Source of the DNA: Bdellovibrionales bacterium
GTDB taxonomy: Bacteria > Bdellovibrionota > Bdellovibrionia > Bdellovibrionales > DASUEL01
DNA length: 64,000 nucleotides
Assembly: GCA_050250255.1 (NCBI GenBank)
Contig: JBFWOZ010000004.1
Span: 43,557 to 107,556 of the forward strand
Direction: 5' to 3'
Under the pieces are notes generated by a model. The model was not told the origin of the DNA, did no database searches, and saw only the letters and a list, made by a program, of their open reading frames with translations. The position numbers and the translations under genes were made by a program. Below, in pieces: positions 10,346-18,406 of the stretch (its first letter is position 1; every line of letters begins with the position of its first letter).

Positions 10346-10864
10346 ATGAGATTCGTCTTAGGATTTATTCTTCTGGCTTTACAGGTGAATGCAAGCGGGG
10401 CCGAATTCTCTTTCGACTCCACATCATACAAGTGTTTGAACATAAACGACGAAGTAGGGTTAAATACTTATGACCAAGCCACACTCCCTATACCCTGTAC
10501 TGACTTTCGCGGAAAAGCGTTGGTTTATAAGACCTGGGACAATTTAGATCTGAGGGGCTCTCGTTTTGGCAGCAACATTACTTATGGCAATGCTTTAGAG
10601 ATAACGAACTCAGATCTTCGATATGCCACATTTGAAGCCTTAGCGCCTGGTCAAGGCTTCTCGCTCGAGGGGTCAGACCTCAGAGGGACTGATTTGAGCA
10701 CAGTGGAAACCCGCTTTGTTAATCCAGGGAGTGGAACTCCACCCGAAATAATTATTCGATTGAATGGATGTCAGTTCGATTCTTCAACAAAGCTTCCGAA
10801 GCTCGATGGAGCAGCGATTAGCCAGAAACAGGCAATCTCTTGTTTTGGAATGATTCAACTCTAA
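10346..10864 (+). CDS. Secreted pentapeptide-repeat protein
   Basis: AGGAGG RBS; signal peptide; LDLRGSRF, SDLRYATF and SDLRGTDLS repeats. Confidence 0.65.
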   Translation: MRFVLGFILLALQVNASGAEFSFDSTSYKCLNINDEVGLNTYDQATLPIPCTDFRGKALVYKTWDNLDLRGSRFGSNITYGNALEITNSDLRYATFEALAPGQGFSLEGSDLRGTDLSTVETRFVNPGSGTPPEIIIRLNGCQFDSSTKLPKLDGAAISQKQAISCFGMIQL

Positions 10865-10936
10865 ACAAAACAAAATATCAATTGAATTAGCTACGTTTAT
10901 AAATACGCGACCACGAATTTCGGAAGCGCTTTTTAG

Positions 10937-10952
10937 TGGTATATTTGTTGCT
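10937..10952 (+). promoter_or_regulatory. Sigma54 (RpoN) -24/-12 promoter candidate
   Basis: TGGTAT-N5-TTGCT, 25 nt upstream of ATG 10978. Confidence 0.55.
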
Positions 10953-10977
10953 CATGATCTCTCGGTAAGAGGTCGAA

Positions 10978-12216
10978 ATGGCGAAATCAATTCTGTCAAT
11001 TTTCTTGTTCATCGGAATGACTATGTCATCGACAGCTGTTTTCCCAATTTTGGCAGATGCAGCAGGTGGATCTGGCTGGATACAGCTGGCGGCTCAGGGT
11101 AAGGATCGAAAGGCCGCAGCAGACCTCGCCGAGTTCAATGGAACTCTTTCTTCCAAAACTGATCCTGCTTTTAAAAATATGCTTGTCGAAACTGCAGCGG
11201 CTCTCGAACAAGGAATGTCAATCGCTCCTAATGATGCCAAAATCACTCTATTTCGAGGAATAGATTTAATTAAGGATCAATTATCAGACTATAATTACGG
11301 TTCAAATCGAAGGCCCTTTTTTGCGGCTCGACTTTTTCGCGGTGGAGAACGGAATGGTACATTAAGGACAACTGGATTGCGAAAAATATCAGAAATCGGA
11401 GTTTTCGAAGCAAGTTCAAGGCACGCTCAAAATGCATATAAGTTTCAGAATACTCCTTTTATTTCGACATCCTTTAGCTTTGACGTAGCTGCTGCAAGTT
11501 CCGCTGTTTTAGTACTTCGGGTTGCTCCACAAAGGGTGTTAGTGGCAGCTTCTACGAGAGGTGAGTATGAGGTGCAATTACCCTTTTTTATCCATCCGAG
11601 TGAAATCGTCGGTGTGCTTGAGAAGGTAGACTATGAGGAAGCAGGATCTCGAGAATTGAGTGAATATAAACTAACAAAAATTTATAATGATCTTGAGGGG
11701 ATGTCAGATAGAGAAGCCCAAAACCAAATCCAAAGTTGGGCACGAGAAAATCAACGAATTCTAAAACCTCTTGGCAGCCGTAATGACTTTGGAATACCTT
11801 TTGATGACCTTGTCCGGAAGAAGTTGAAAAACCCTCTTGTAAAAGTTCTTAGGGAGGAATCTCCCACTCGCGCTGAAATTGAGGCCATGGTCAAAGATAT
11901 GAACTTGTTGCGCTCAAATTTCCGAAAGGCTCTCAAAGGGTATCAAGGTCAAGTTGATAGAAATTGGGGAACTAAGTTTATCAATGGTCTCATACCCTAC
12001 GGAAAAACGGATATTAAGATTCAGGAATTCCTTGTTGATTTAGCGAATGATCGAAAATTTGATTCGTTACCTTACGACTGGTCTGACACGGCTCTCGAAG
12101 CACTACGAGTGATTTACAAAGGCGATAGAACTGCGTTGCGTGTACTTCGCCGATCAGAAGCTATCATTCCAAATCCTCCGTTCGGTGTAAATAAATCCTG
12201 TAAGATGTTATTTTAA
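10978..12216 (+). CDS. Secreted protein with a putative R-S-E class ADP-ribosyltransferase domain
   Basis: Signal peptide; LFRG ... FISTS ... GEYEV in canonical order. Confidence 0.55.
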   Translation: MAKSILSIFLFIGMTMSSTAVFPILADAAGGSGWIQLAAQGKDRKAAADLAEFNGTLSSKTDPAFKNMLVETAAALEQGMSIAPNDAKITLFRGIDLIKDQLSDYNYGSNRRPFFAARLFRGGERNGTLRTTGLRKISEIGVFEASSRHAQNAYKFQNTPFISTSFSFDVAAASSAVLVLRVAPQRVLVAASTRGEYEVQLPFFIHPSEIVGVLEKVDYEEAGSRELSEYKLTKIYNDLEGMSDREAQNQIQSWARENQRILKPLGSRNDFGIPFDDLVRKKLKNPLVKVLREESPTRAEIEAMVKDMNLLRSNFRKALKGYQGQVDRNWGTKFINGLIPYGKTDIKIQEFLVDLANDRKFDSLPYDWSDTALEALRVIYKGDRTALRVLRRSEAIIPNPPFGVNKSCKMLF

Positions 12217-12539
12217 AGTTAGTAAAGTAGAAATCCATATCTAGGTGGACGGATTTCAAACGATTCTGGCACATCAAAATCTGAAAGACAGTGTTATGCG
12301 GCCACACCAACTCAAGTGATTGAATTCAACTATTGGAAGTTATGGAGAATTTGATGGAATAAATGCTCTGCAGACTAATGTTCCATTCAAGTTTTTTAGA
12401 AAATTAGTGCGTTTTTCATGTCGGGACAAGATCATATTAACGCTGACCTGTGAGTCAAATTTTTCAGGCTCAAAAGAATGGCCATCATGCTCTTCATTTC
12501 CAGTCACTGTCTGACCAGGAGCTCACATAAATAACGTCT

Positions 12540-13799
12540 TCAAGTGAGGCTTTTCGCTTTTTCGGCGAGCCCTTGAATGACAGAGTGGAAGTTCTTGAAT
12601 TGCTCAATCGTCGCCTTACCAAAACGAGCCTCGAGACCTCGAGTGATTTCGGGGACTTTTGCGGTTCCTCCCGTGCAGCAGACAAGATCAATATCAGAAT
12701 TTTCAACACCAGCGGCTTTCACCGTTTCATCCATCGAAGCAAATATTTTTGCAATGTTCGCGGCACTCATTTGATGGAATTCGTCAGGCGTGAACTCAGT
12801 CTTAATTTCAATATCAGGATACGGAAAATCGAAAATGGCTTTCAGCCCTTGGCAGACATCACGCTTCAGAGTTTCAATCGATTCATAGATACGAAAGCCT
12901 AAGTTGTCTTCGATAAGCGTAAAAAGCCGATCGATTTTTTGTTTATCCGTGTCGTTAAGAGCGGCTTTTTGAACGCTCTTTAAAAAACTCATCACCTCCA
13001 CTTTGGTCATTAAAGCAATGTCGGGAGGAGAACCCAGTTTATATTTTATATCCGCAGGCATCGTGAGAATGTTTGAACTGAGCGGCAAGCGGTACTTGGC
13101 TTCGCTCCCAAAGTAGGGAGCAATTTTTCCCGTCATAATGGAACTATCAAGGGCATCACCCGCTACCGGAGTTCCACCCACAGCAAGAACATCTGAAGGT
13201 TTAAAAGGTTTCGGTCCGAGCTTCAACACCGTAAAGTCAGAAGTTCCTCCACCCAAATCCACAACGAGAACCATTTTCTCCTCTGTGAGATGTTTTCGAA
13301 ATTCATGAGCTGCCGCCAAAGGCTCGGGATAGAATTCAATATGCTTAAAGCCGGCGAACCTGGCCGCTCGCTCAAGACGCTCTTGCGCCAAACGATCATC
13401 TTCGTCGTTAAGAGAGAAGCGGGCCGGTCGTCCCAAAATAACGGAATCAACATTTTGATCAAAATAAGTATCCGCGCGAGATTTCATTTCCCGCAAGAAG
13501 CGACCGATTAATTCTGAGAGTTCATAAAAATCAGAGCCCATCATCGTTCCGCGAAAACTTTGTATCGGCAGAAACTTTTTAACAGAGCGAAATAGTCGCC
13601 CTTCCGCGCGCTTCTCATCGTAAGCCCGAATGGCGGCTTTGCCAAAGACCGCCCCTCCTTCATTGGGGAAGAACATGAGGCTACGAAAGACGGTTGGATC
13701 AGCGTTGTCCCTATCTAAAGGAATGGGATCAACGGATTTACCATCTTTTACTGCCGCTAACAGAGAATTTGAAGTTCCATAATCGATGGCATAGATCAT
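12540..13799 (-). CDS. yegD: Hsp70-family protein (YegD-like)
   Basis: IDYGTSNS, EPLAAA, VDLGGGTSDF and TGGTAKVP; no substrate-binding domain. Confidence 0.85.
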   Translation of the reverse strand: MIYAIDYGTSNSLLAAVKDGKSVDPIPLDRDNADPTVFRSLMFFPNEGGAVFGKAAIRAYDEKRAEGRLFRSVKKFLPIQSFRGTMMGSDFYELSELIGRFLREMKSRADTYFDQNVDSVILGRPARFSLNDEDDRLAQERLERAARFAGFKHIEFYPEPLAAAHEFRKHLTEEKMVLVVDLGGGTSDFTVLKLGPKPFKPSDVLAVGGTPVAGDALDSSIMTGKIAPYFGSEAKYRLPLSSNILTMPADIKYKLGSPPDIALMTKVEVMSFLKSVQKAALNDTDKQKIDRLFTLIEDNLGFRIYESIETLKRDVCQGLKAIFDFPYPDIEIKTEFTPDEFHQMSAANIAKIFASMDETVKAAGVENSDIDLVCCTGGTAKVPEITRGLEARFGKATIEQFKNFHSVIQGLAEKAKSLT

Positions 13800-13807
13800 T
13801 ACTCTAT

Positions 13808-14458
13808 TTAGTTCTTCTTCACTTTTGATTCATCGACAGAAATTTGTATTTCTACACGACGATTTTTTGCACGGCCGTCAGTCGTTTTATTATCTGCAAC
13901 CGGTTGTGAAGGTCCAAGACCCGCAAACGTTACGGTTCCTGCAGGAATACCCTGAGACACCATGTGAGTTTGTACGGCTTGCGCACGTTTTTCGCTTAAC
14001 GTTTTGTTGATAGCAGTACTTCCCGTGCTATCTGTATGACCTGTTACGTGTAAAAGATCTTCGGGATATTTTTTGATGATTGCCGCAATTTGATTAAGGT
14101 TATTTATCGCATTTTGTTTTAATACTGCCGAGCCTGTGTCGAAAAGAATATCACCCTTGAGTTTGGTGATAATTCCATTTTCGGTGCGCTTCGTTTCAGC
14201 CAAAGCTTCTAATTCTTTAGCTTGTTTATCAAGGCGATTACCAATGCTTCCACCAAGAAGAGCGCCTGCGGCCGCACCCCAAAGAGCACCTTTACCAGCG
14301 TTTCCTGTTTGATTACCAATGATCGCACCAAGACCCGCGCCGGCAGCAGCGCCGATACCTGCACCAGCCGCTGTTTTTTTCCCAGGACTTGTACAAGCGC
14401 CCGCTGCGAAAAGTGTAAACACAGAAAGTAGAATGGATTTTTGAAGTAGTTTAGACAT
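13808..14458 (-). CDS. OmpA-family lipoprotein with glycine zipper
   Basis: Lipobox AAGAC, Gly-zipper, GHTDSTG, NRRVEI; AAGGAG RBS before ATG 14458. Confidence 0.9.
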   Translation of the reverse strand: MSKLLQKSILLSVFTLFAAGACTSPGKKTAAGAGIGAAAGAGLGAIIGNQTGNAGKGALWGAAAGALLGGSIGNRLDKQAKELEALAETKRTENGIITKLKGDILFDTGSAVLKQNAINNLNQIAAIIKKYPEDLLHVTGHTDSTGSTAINKTLSEKRAQAVQTHMVSQGIPAGTVTFAGLGPSQPVADNKTTDGRAKNRRVEIQISVDESKVKKN

Positions 14459-14512
14459 GAGTTGCTCCTTTGCTAAAAAGCAATGGTAGCAACTCGTCAG
14501 GAAATACAAAAC

Positions 14513-14884
14513 TTATTTTGCGTATCGTCTACCCATGGCTTCACGAATTTCAGCACCTTCAATGCTGAGTCGTGTCCATGGAATCGCAAGGAGTCGATCC
14601 GCTTCGATCAGCTCTTCTGTCTCTTCGCAAATACCGTAATTACCGTTTTCAATACGGGACAACGCCATTTCAATTTCTAATAAATTGTGACGAAGTCGTT
14701 CTTGATTTGCGATGAACTCGCTCTCCTGAAGCAGACGTGCTGTTTGATCAGCCTCATCTCCACCCTCAGGTTCCGAGTTCGTTAGAGCTTCTCGACCTTG
14801 CTTTACGCGGTTAAGAATATTCGCCTTCGCTTCCAAGAGCTTTCTTTTACACTCTAAGAAGACATCCCCTCTTTTTGTTGCCAT
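14513..14884 (-). CDS. DksA/TraR family transcription factor
   Basis: GDEADQ coiled-coil tip; ALSRIENGNYGICEETEELI..RLLAIPWTRL. Confidence 0.85.
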   Translation of the reverse strand: MATKRGDVFLECKRKLLEAKANILNRVKQGREALTNSEPEGGDEADQTARLLQESEFIANQERLRHNLLEIEMALSRIENGNYGICEETEELIEADRLLAIPWTRLSIEGAEIREAMGRRYAK

Positions 14885-15136
14885 ATCCCCTCCCATGGCA
14901 TTTTCACTTTTCTCGCTTTAGACATTTCCCCAAATGCCTCAGCGCACAAAACGAAAAGTGAATGATCTATTTAGACATAGAGTTTGGACCCTGCGCAATC
15001 ATTTTCTTAAAAAAACTTACACGCCGTATCCAATTGAAGTTAAAGAGGAAACCAGACTAGATCAAAGTACAGATTTGGCTCATTTTGAGATCTTAAATTC
15101 TCTTACTTTTAGCGGCTTGGTCGAGCTTCGAAAGCC

Positions 15137-15586
15137 CTAAATCTGGGGGCTTTCAGAGGATATGGAGGCAGTCTCGAGATGAATTTGCTCCACCTCAATT
15201 CCGACCTGATTCAGGAAGGTCACACTGTCCTTAAGCCTGTAGGGGTGAAGAAAGAAAACCTTCCTCACGCCACCTAAATTGATCAAACGCTTAGCACACA
15301 TCACGCAAGGAAGATGAGTGACAAAGACATGTTTTTCCCAAGTACGAGGTGAATCGCAATTAATAACGGCGTTTTCTTCTGAATGAAGACACCCACAATT
15401 CCCGACTTCATCCCGATCACATTTGTTAGCAAGACCCGAAGCATTCCCGTTGTAACCAACCGCCAATACCTTTCGATAATCGAGACTCGTGATCACCGTA
15501 CCCACTTTCAAGCGCATGCAAGTGGAACGCTCGGCGAGACTGAGCGCAAGCTTCATGTATATGGATTCAAAACTGGGGCGAGCCAT
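15137..15586 (-). CDS. dCMP/cytidine deaminase family (ComEB-like)
   Basis: RSTC.RLKVG, GYNG, HSEENA and PCVMC zinc motifs. Confidence 0.85.
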   Translation of the reverse strand: MARPSFESIYMKLALSLAERSTCMRLKVGTVITSLDYRKVLAVGYNGNASGLANKCDRDEVGNCGCLHSEENAVINCDSPRTWEKHVFVTHLPCVMCAKRLINLGGVRKVFFLHPYRLKDSVTFLNQVGIEVEQIHLETASISSESPQI

Positions 15587-15596
15587 TTTTTCTCCT

Positions 15597-16364
15597 TTAA
15601 GACGACAAAGTTAAAACAATAGGGCAATGGTCGGAGCCCTCGACTTGATCAAGTATATCTGCGGACTGAATTTTTTTTTCTAAATTTTTTGAAACCGAAA
15701 TGTAATCAATACGCCAACCGCGATTTCCCACCCGTGCTAGCTCTCGGTAAGACCACCAGGTGTACTTGTCTTTTACATTGGGATGAACATGACGGTAGGT
15801 ATCGATAAAGCCTGCTTCTAAGAAGCTTGAAAACCATTTTCTTTCCTCAGGCAAAAAACCGCTGATTTTAGAAAGACGTACGGGATCGTAAACATCCACT
15901 TCTTTATGAGCGACGTTGTAATCTCCCAAAACGATCACTTTTTCGCCTCGCTTAACGCGCTCCTGTAGATGCTTTAAAAAATCGGCGAGAAAGCGTTGTT
16001 TGTAGAGATGCCGCACATCTCCCGAACCACCGTTAGGAAAATAGACATTGTAGATCCAAATATCTTCATGCTGAGTGACAACAAAACGTCCCTCCGTATC
16101 ATATTCGGCAATATCAATTCCATAGAGTGTATCATCGGCAGGGCTACGGCAAAATGTCGCCGTACCCGAATAGCCCTTGCGCAGAGCGGAGCTCCAATAG
16201 CTCTCACGATTATCTAGACGAATAATACTGGGCTCTAGCTGTTCACGATGCACTTTCGTTTCTTGCACACAAAATACGTCGGGCGATTCCTTTTGGACGA
16301 AATCAAGAAGACCTTTTTTATAGCAAGCACGAATGCCGTTCACGTTCCAAGAAATAATCTTCAT
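15597..16364 (-). CDS. xth: Exodeoxyribonuclease III / AP endonuclease
   Basis: ISWNVNGIRA, QETK, YFPNG, GDYNVAH, GWRIDY and SDHCP; start MKIISW at 16364. Confidence 0.92.
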   Translation of the reverse strand: MKIISWNVNGIRACYKKGLLDFVQKESPDVFCVQETKVHREQLEPSIIRLDNRESYWSSALRKGYSGTATFCRSPADDTLYGIDIAEYDTEGRFVVTQHEDIWIYNVYFPNGGSGDVRHLYKQRFLADFLKHLQERVKRGEKVIVLGDYNVAHKEVDVYDPVRLSKISGFLPEERKWFSSFLEAGFIDTYRHVHPNVKDKYTWWSYRELARVGNRGWRIDYISVSKNLEKKIQSADILDQVEGSDHCPIVLTLSS

Positions 16365-16487
16365 CGGGGCCTCTGGTTCACCTTTTCCATGTCTTGCCGA
16401 GACTCCTATTTTGTGGCACACATGTAGGAGTCTTAACAAACCAAACTCGAATTTACGCGTTAAGCCATTTTAGAATAAGGAGCACTT

Positions 16488-17009
16488 ATGCCAATGATCG
16501 GTCAACCAGCACCCCAGTTTAAAGCCCCAGCTCTCGTCAAAGGTGATTTCAAAGACATCAGCCTTTCTGACTACAAAGGTAAATGGGTTGTACTATTCTT
16601 TTATCCCCTCGATTTCACATTCGTATGTCCTACAGAAATCACTCAATTCCGTGATCGCCTAGAGTCTTTCAAAAAAGCGGGCGCAGAAGTGATCGGCGCG
16701 AGCGTAGATTCCGTTCACTCTCATAAGCGTTGGTGCAAAGACGATCTTGGTGAATTAAATTATCCACTCATCGGTGACATTACAAAACGTGTGTCTCGTG
16801 ATTACGGCGTTCTTTTTGAAGACAAAGGAATCGCAACTCGCGGAACTTTCATCATCGATCCAGAAGGTGTTCTTCAGTACATGGGAATTCATAACTTAAA
16901 CGTAGGTCGCGATACCGACGAAATTCTTCGTGTTCTCTCAGGTCTTCAATCTGGCGAACTTTGTGGCGCTGGCTGGAAACCAGGTGCAAAGCACGTGGTA
17001 CCTAAATAA
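16488..17009 (+). CDS. ahpC: 2-Cys peroxiredoxin (AhpC/TSA)
   Basis: FYPLDFTFVCPTEI and a C-terminal ELC.AGWKPG resolving Cys. Confidence 0.9.
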   Translation: MPMIGQPAPQFKAPALVKGDFKDISLSDYKGKWVVLFFYPLDFTFVCPTEITQFRDRLESFKKAGAEVIGASVDSVHSHKRWCKDDLGELNYPLIGDITKRVSRDYGVLFEDKGIATRGTFIIDPEGVLQYMGIHNLNVGRDTDEILRVLSGLQSGELCGAGWKPGAKHVVPK

Positions 17010-17032
17010 AGGACTCGAACGTTTCTAGCTTA

Positions 17033-17062
17033 AAAAAAGGGAAGCATGCGCTTCCCTTTTTT
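17033..17062. terminator. Bidirectional intrinsic terminator
   Basis: AAAAAAGGGAAGC-ATGC-GCTTCCCTTTTTT. Confidence 0.8.
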
Positions 17063-17081
17063 ATTTTACCAAAAGGATCTC

Positions 17082-18263
17082 ATGACAAAACAAATGCAAC
17101 TGAACGCTTACCTCAAAACGAAATGCCCGACTCTGACAACAGATCTGAGCGGATATGTGATTTCTCCTTTTCATCTGCAGTTGCCAGAATCCGTTTTGAC
17201 CCAAGCAAAAAAATCCGTCGAAGCTTTTTTTAGACTTAGAAACAATCCGACTTATCAGGCCTACGTCAATGAGCAACGACCGAATCTCGAAGTGAAAAAA
17301 AATTACGCCGTGTTAATGAGCTATGACTTTCATCTGACCGAAAACGGTTTAAAGATGATCGAGATCAATACCAACGCATCTTCTTCTCTTCTCTTTGCTT
17401 ATCTTTATGAAATGGAAAATCTTAAAGAATTGGGAACATCACCATTTCTCAATCAAATTCATCAATCTTTTAAAGAAGAACTACAACTCTGCTCAATGAA
17501 CACAGAAGGTGTGAACGCCTGGATTATGGATGAAGACCCCGCTCACCAAAAAATGTATGTAGAGTTTCAGCTTTACCAACAGCTCATGAAATCCTGGGGA
17601 TGGCATGCCGAGATCGTGGATACCAAAACCTGGAGCACGAAAAAAGATGTCGATCTGGATCAGAAAAAAGACGCCGTTCAAATGATTTATAATCGTTCAA
17701 CGGATTTTTATTTCGACAAGAGTCCATTTTTAAAAAATCTTTACCACAGCGGGCGCGTTTGCTTTTCTCCTAACCCGCACGAATATTCTTTGCTAGCCGA
17801 CAAACAAAGAATGATCGACATGAGTTTAAAAACCAATCACGAAAAGTGGGGAATGAGTGCAGAAGACAGCGAAATACTTCTTCAGGTTTTACCAGAATCT
17901 TACGATTCTTCTCACACCGAGCTAGAGGTCCTCTGGGAAAAAAGAAAAAACTTATTCTTCAAACCTAAAAGTTCCTATGGAGGAAAAGCCGCCTATCGAG
18001 GATCTTCCATTTCAAGAAAAGCTTTTGAAGCCATGCCAAAGGGAGAGTTTTTAGCGCAAGAATACATCACGGCTCCTTCCATTGAAGCCTACTGCGATAA
18101 AGCCCGCCTCGGAGTGGAAGCAGATCTCCAAGAGTATAAATTTGATTTACGTTTTTACGCTTACCAAGATCAAATTCAACTCGCCGGTGCACGAGTCTTT
18201 AAAGGACAACTCACGAATTTTCGTGAGCCACACTCAGGACTCGCAACAATCGACTTTCAGTAG
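17082..18263 (+). CDS. ATP-grasp ligase-like protein (circularly permuted / glutathione-synthetase-like)
   Basis: YDFH...IEINTN, IYNR, FKPKSSYGGKAAYRG, AQEYI and DLRFY; AAGGA RBS before 17082. Confidence 0.65.
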   Translation: MTKQMQLNAYLKTKCPTLTTDLSGYVISPFHLQLPESVLTQAKKSVEAFFRLRNNPTYQAYVNEQRPNLEVKKNYAVLMSYDFHLTENGLKMIEINTNASSSLLFAYLYEMENLKELGTSPFLNQIHQSFKEELQLCSMNTEGVNAWIMDEDPAHQKMYVEFQLYQQLMKSWGWHAEIVDTKTWSTKKDVDLDQKKDAVQMIYNRSTDFYFDKSPFLKNLYHSGRVCFSPNPHEYSLLADKQRMIDMSLKTNHEKWGMSAEDSEILLQVLPESYDSSHTELEVLWEKRKNLFFKPKSSYGGKAAYRGSSISRKAFEAMPKGEFLAQEYITAPSIEAYCDKARLGVEADLQEYKFDLRFYAYQDQIQLAGARVFKGQLTNFREPHSGLATIDFQ

Positions 18264-18370
18264 CTGAAACAGAAATGTGATGAGCCCAGACTTTGGAAGA
18301 GCGCATATGTCTCTCTCCGGGAAACTTCGCGAAAAATTCAATGAATTCGCAGTTTTCTCGAGCTATTTCA

Positions 18371-18397
18371 TAAAGTGATGCCCCACGACACCGATAC
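18371..18397 (+). promoter_or_regulatory. Sigma28 (FliA) promoter candidate
   Basis: TAAA-N15-ACCGATAC, 9 nt upstream of ATG 18407. Confidence 0.6.
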
Positions 18398-18406
18398 CTA
18401 GTCTAG

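Noticed and set aside
7488..10864. Integron cassette array
   Set aside because: No repeated attC-like palindromes between the genes and no integrase in the window.
17046..17081. Track start MRFPFLF for the ATP-grasp ORF
   Set aside because: This ATG is the loop of the ahpC terminator; ATG 17082 has an RBS.
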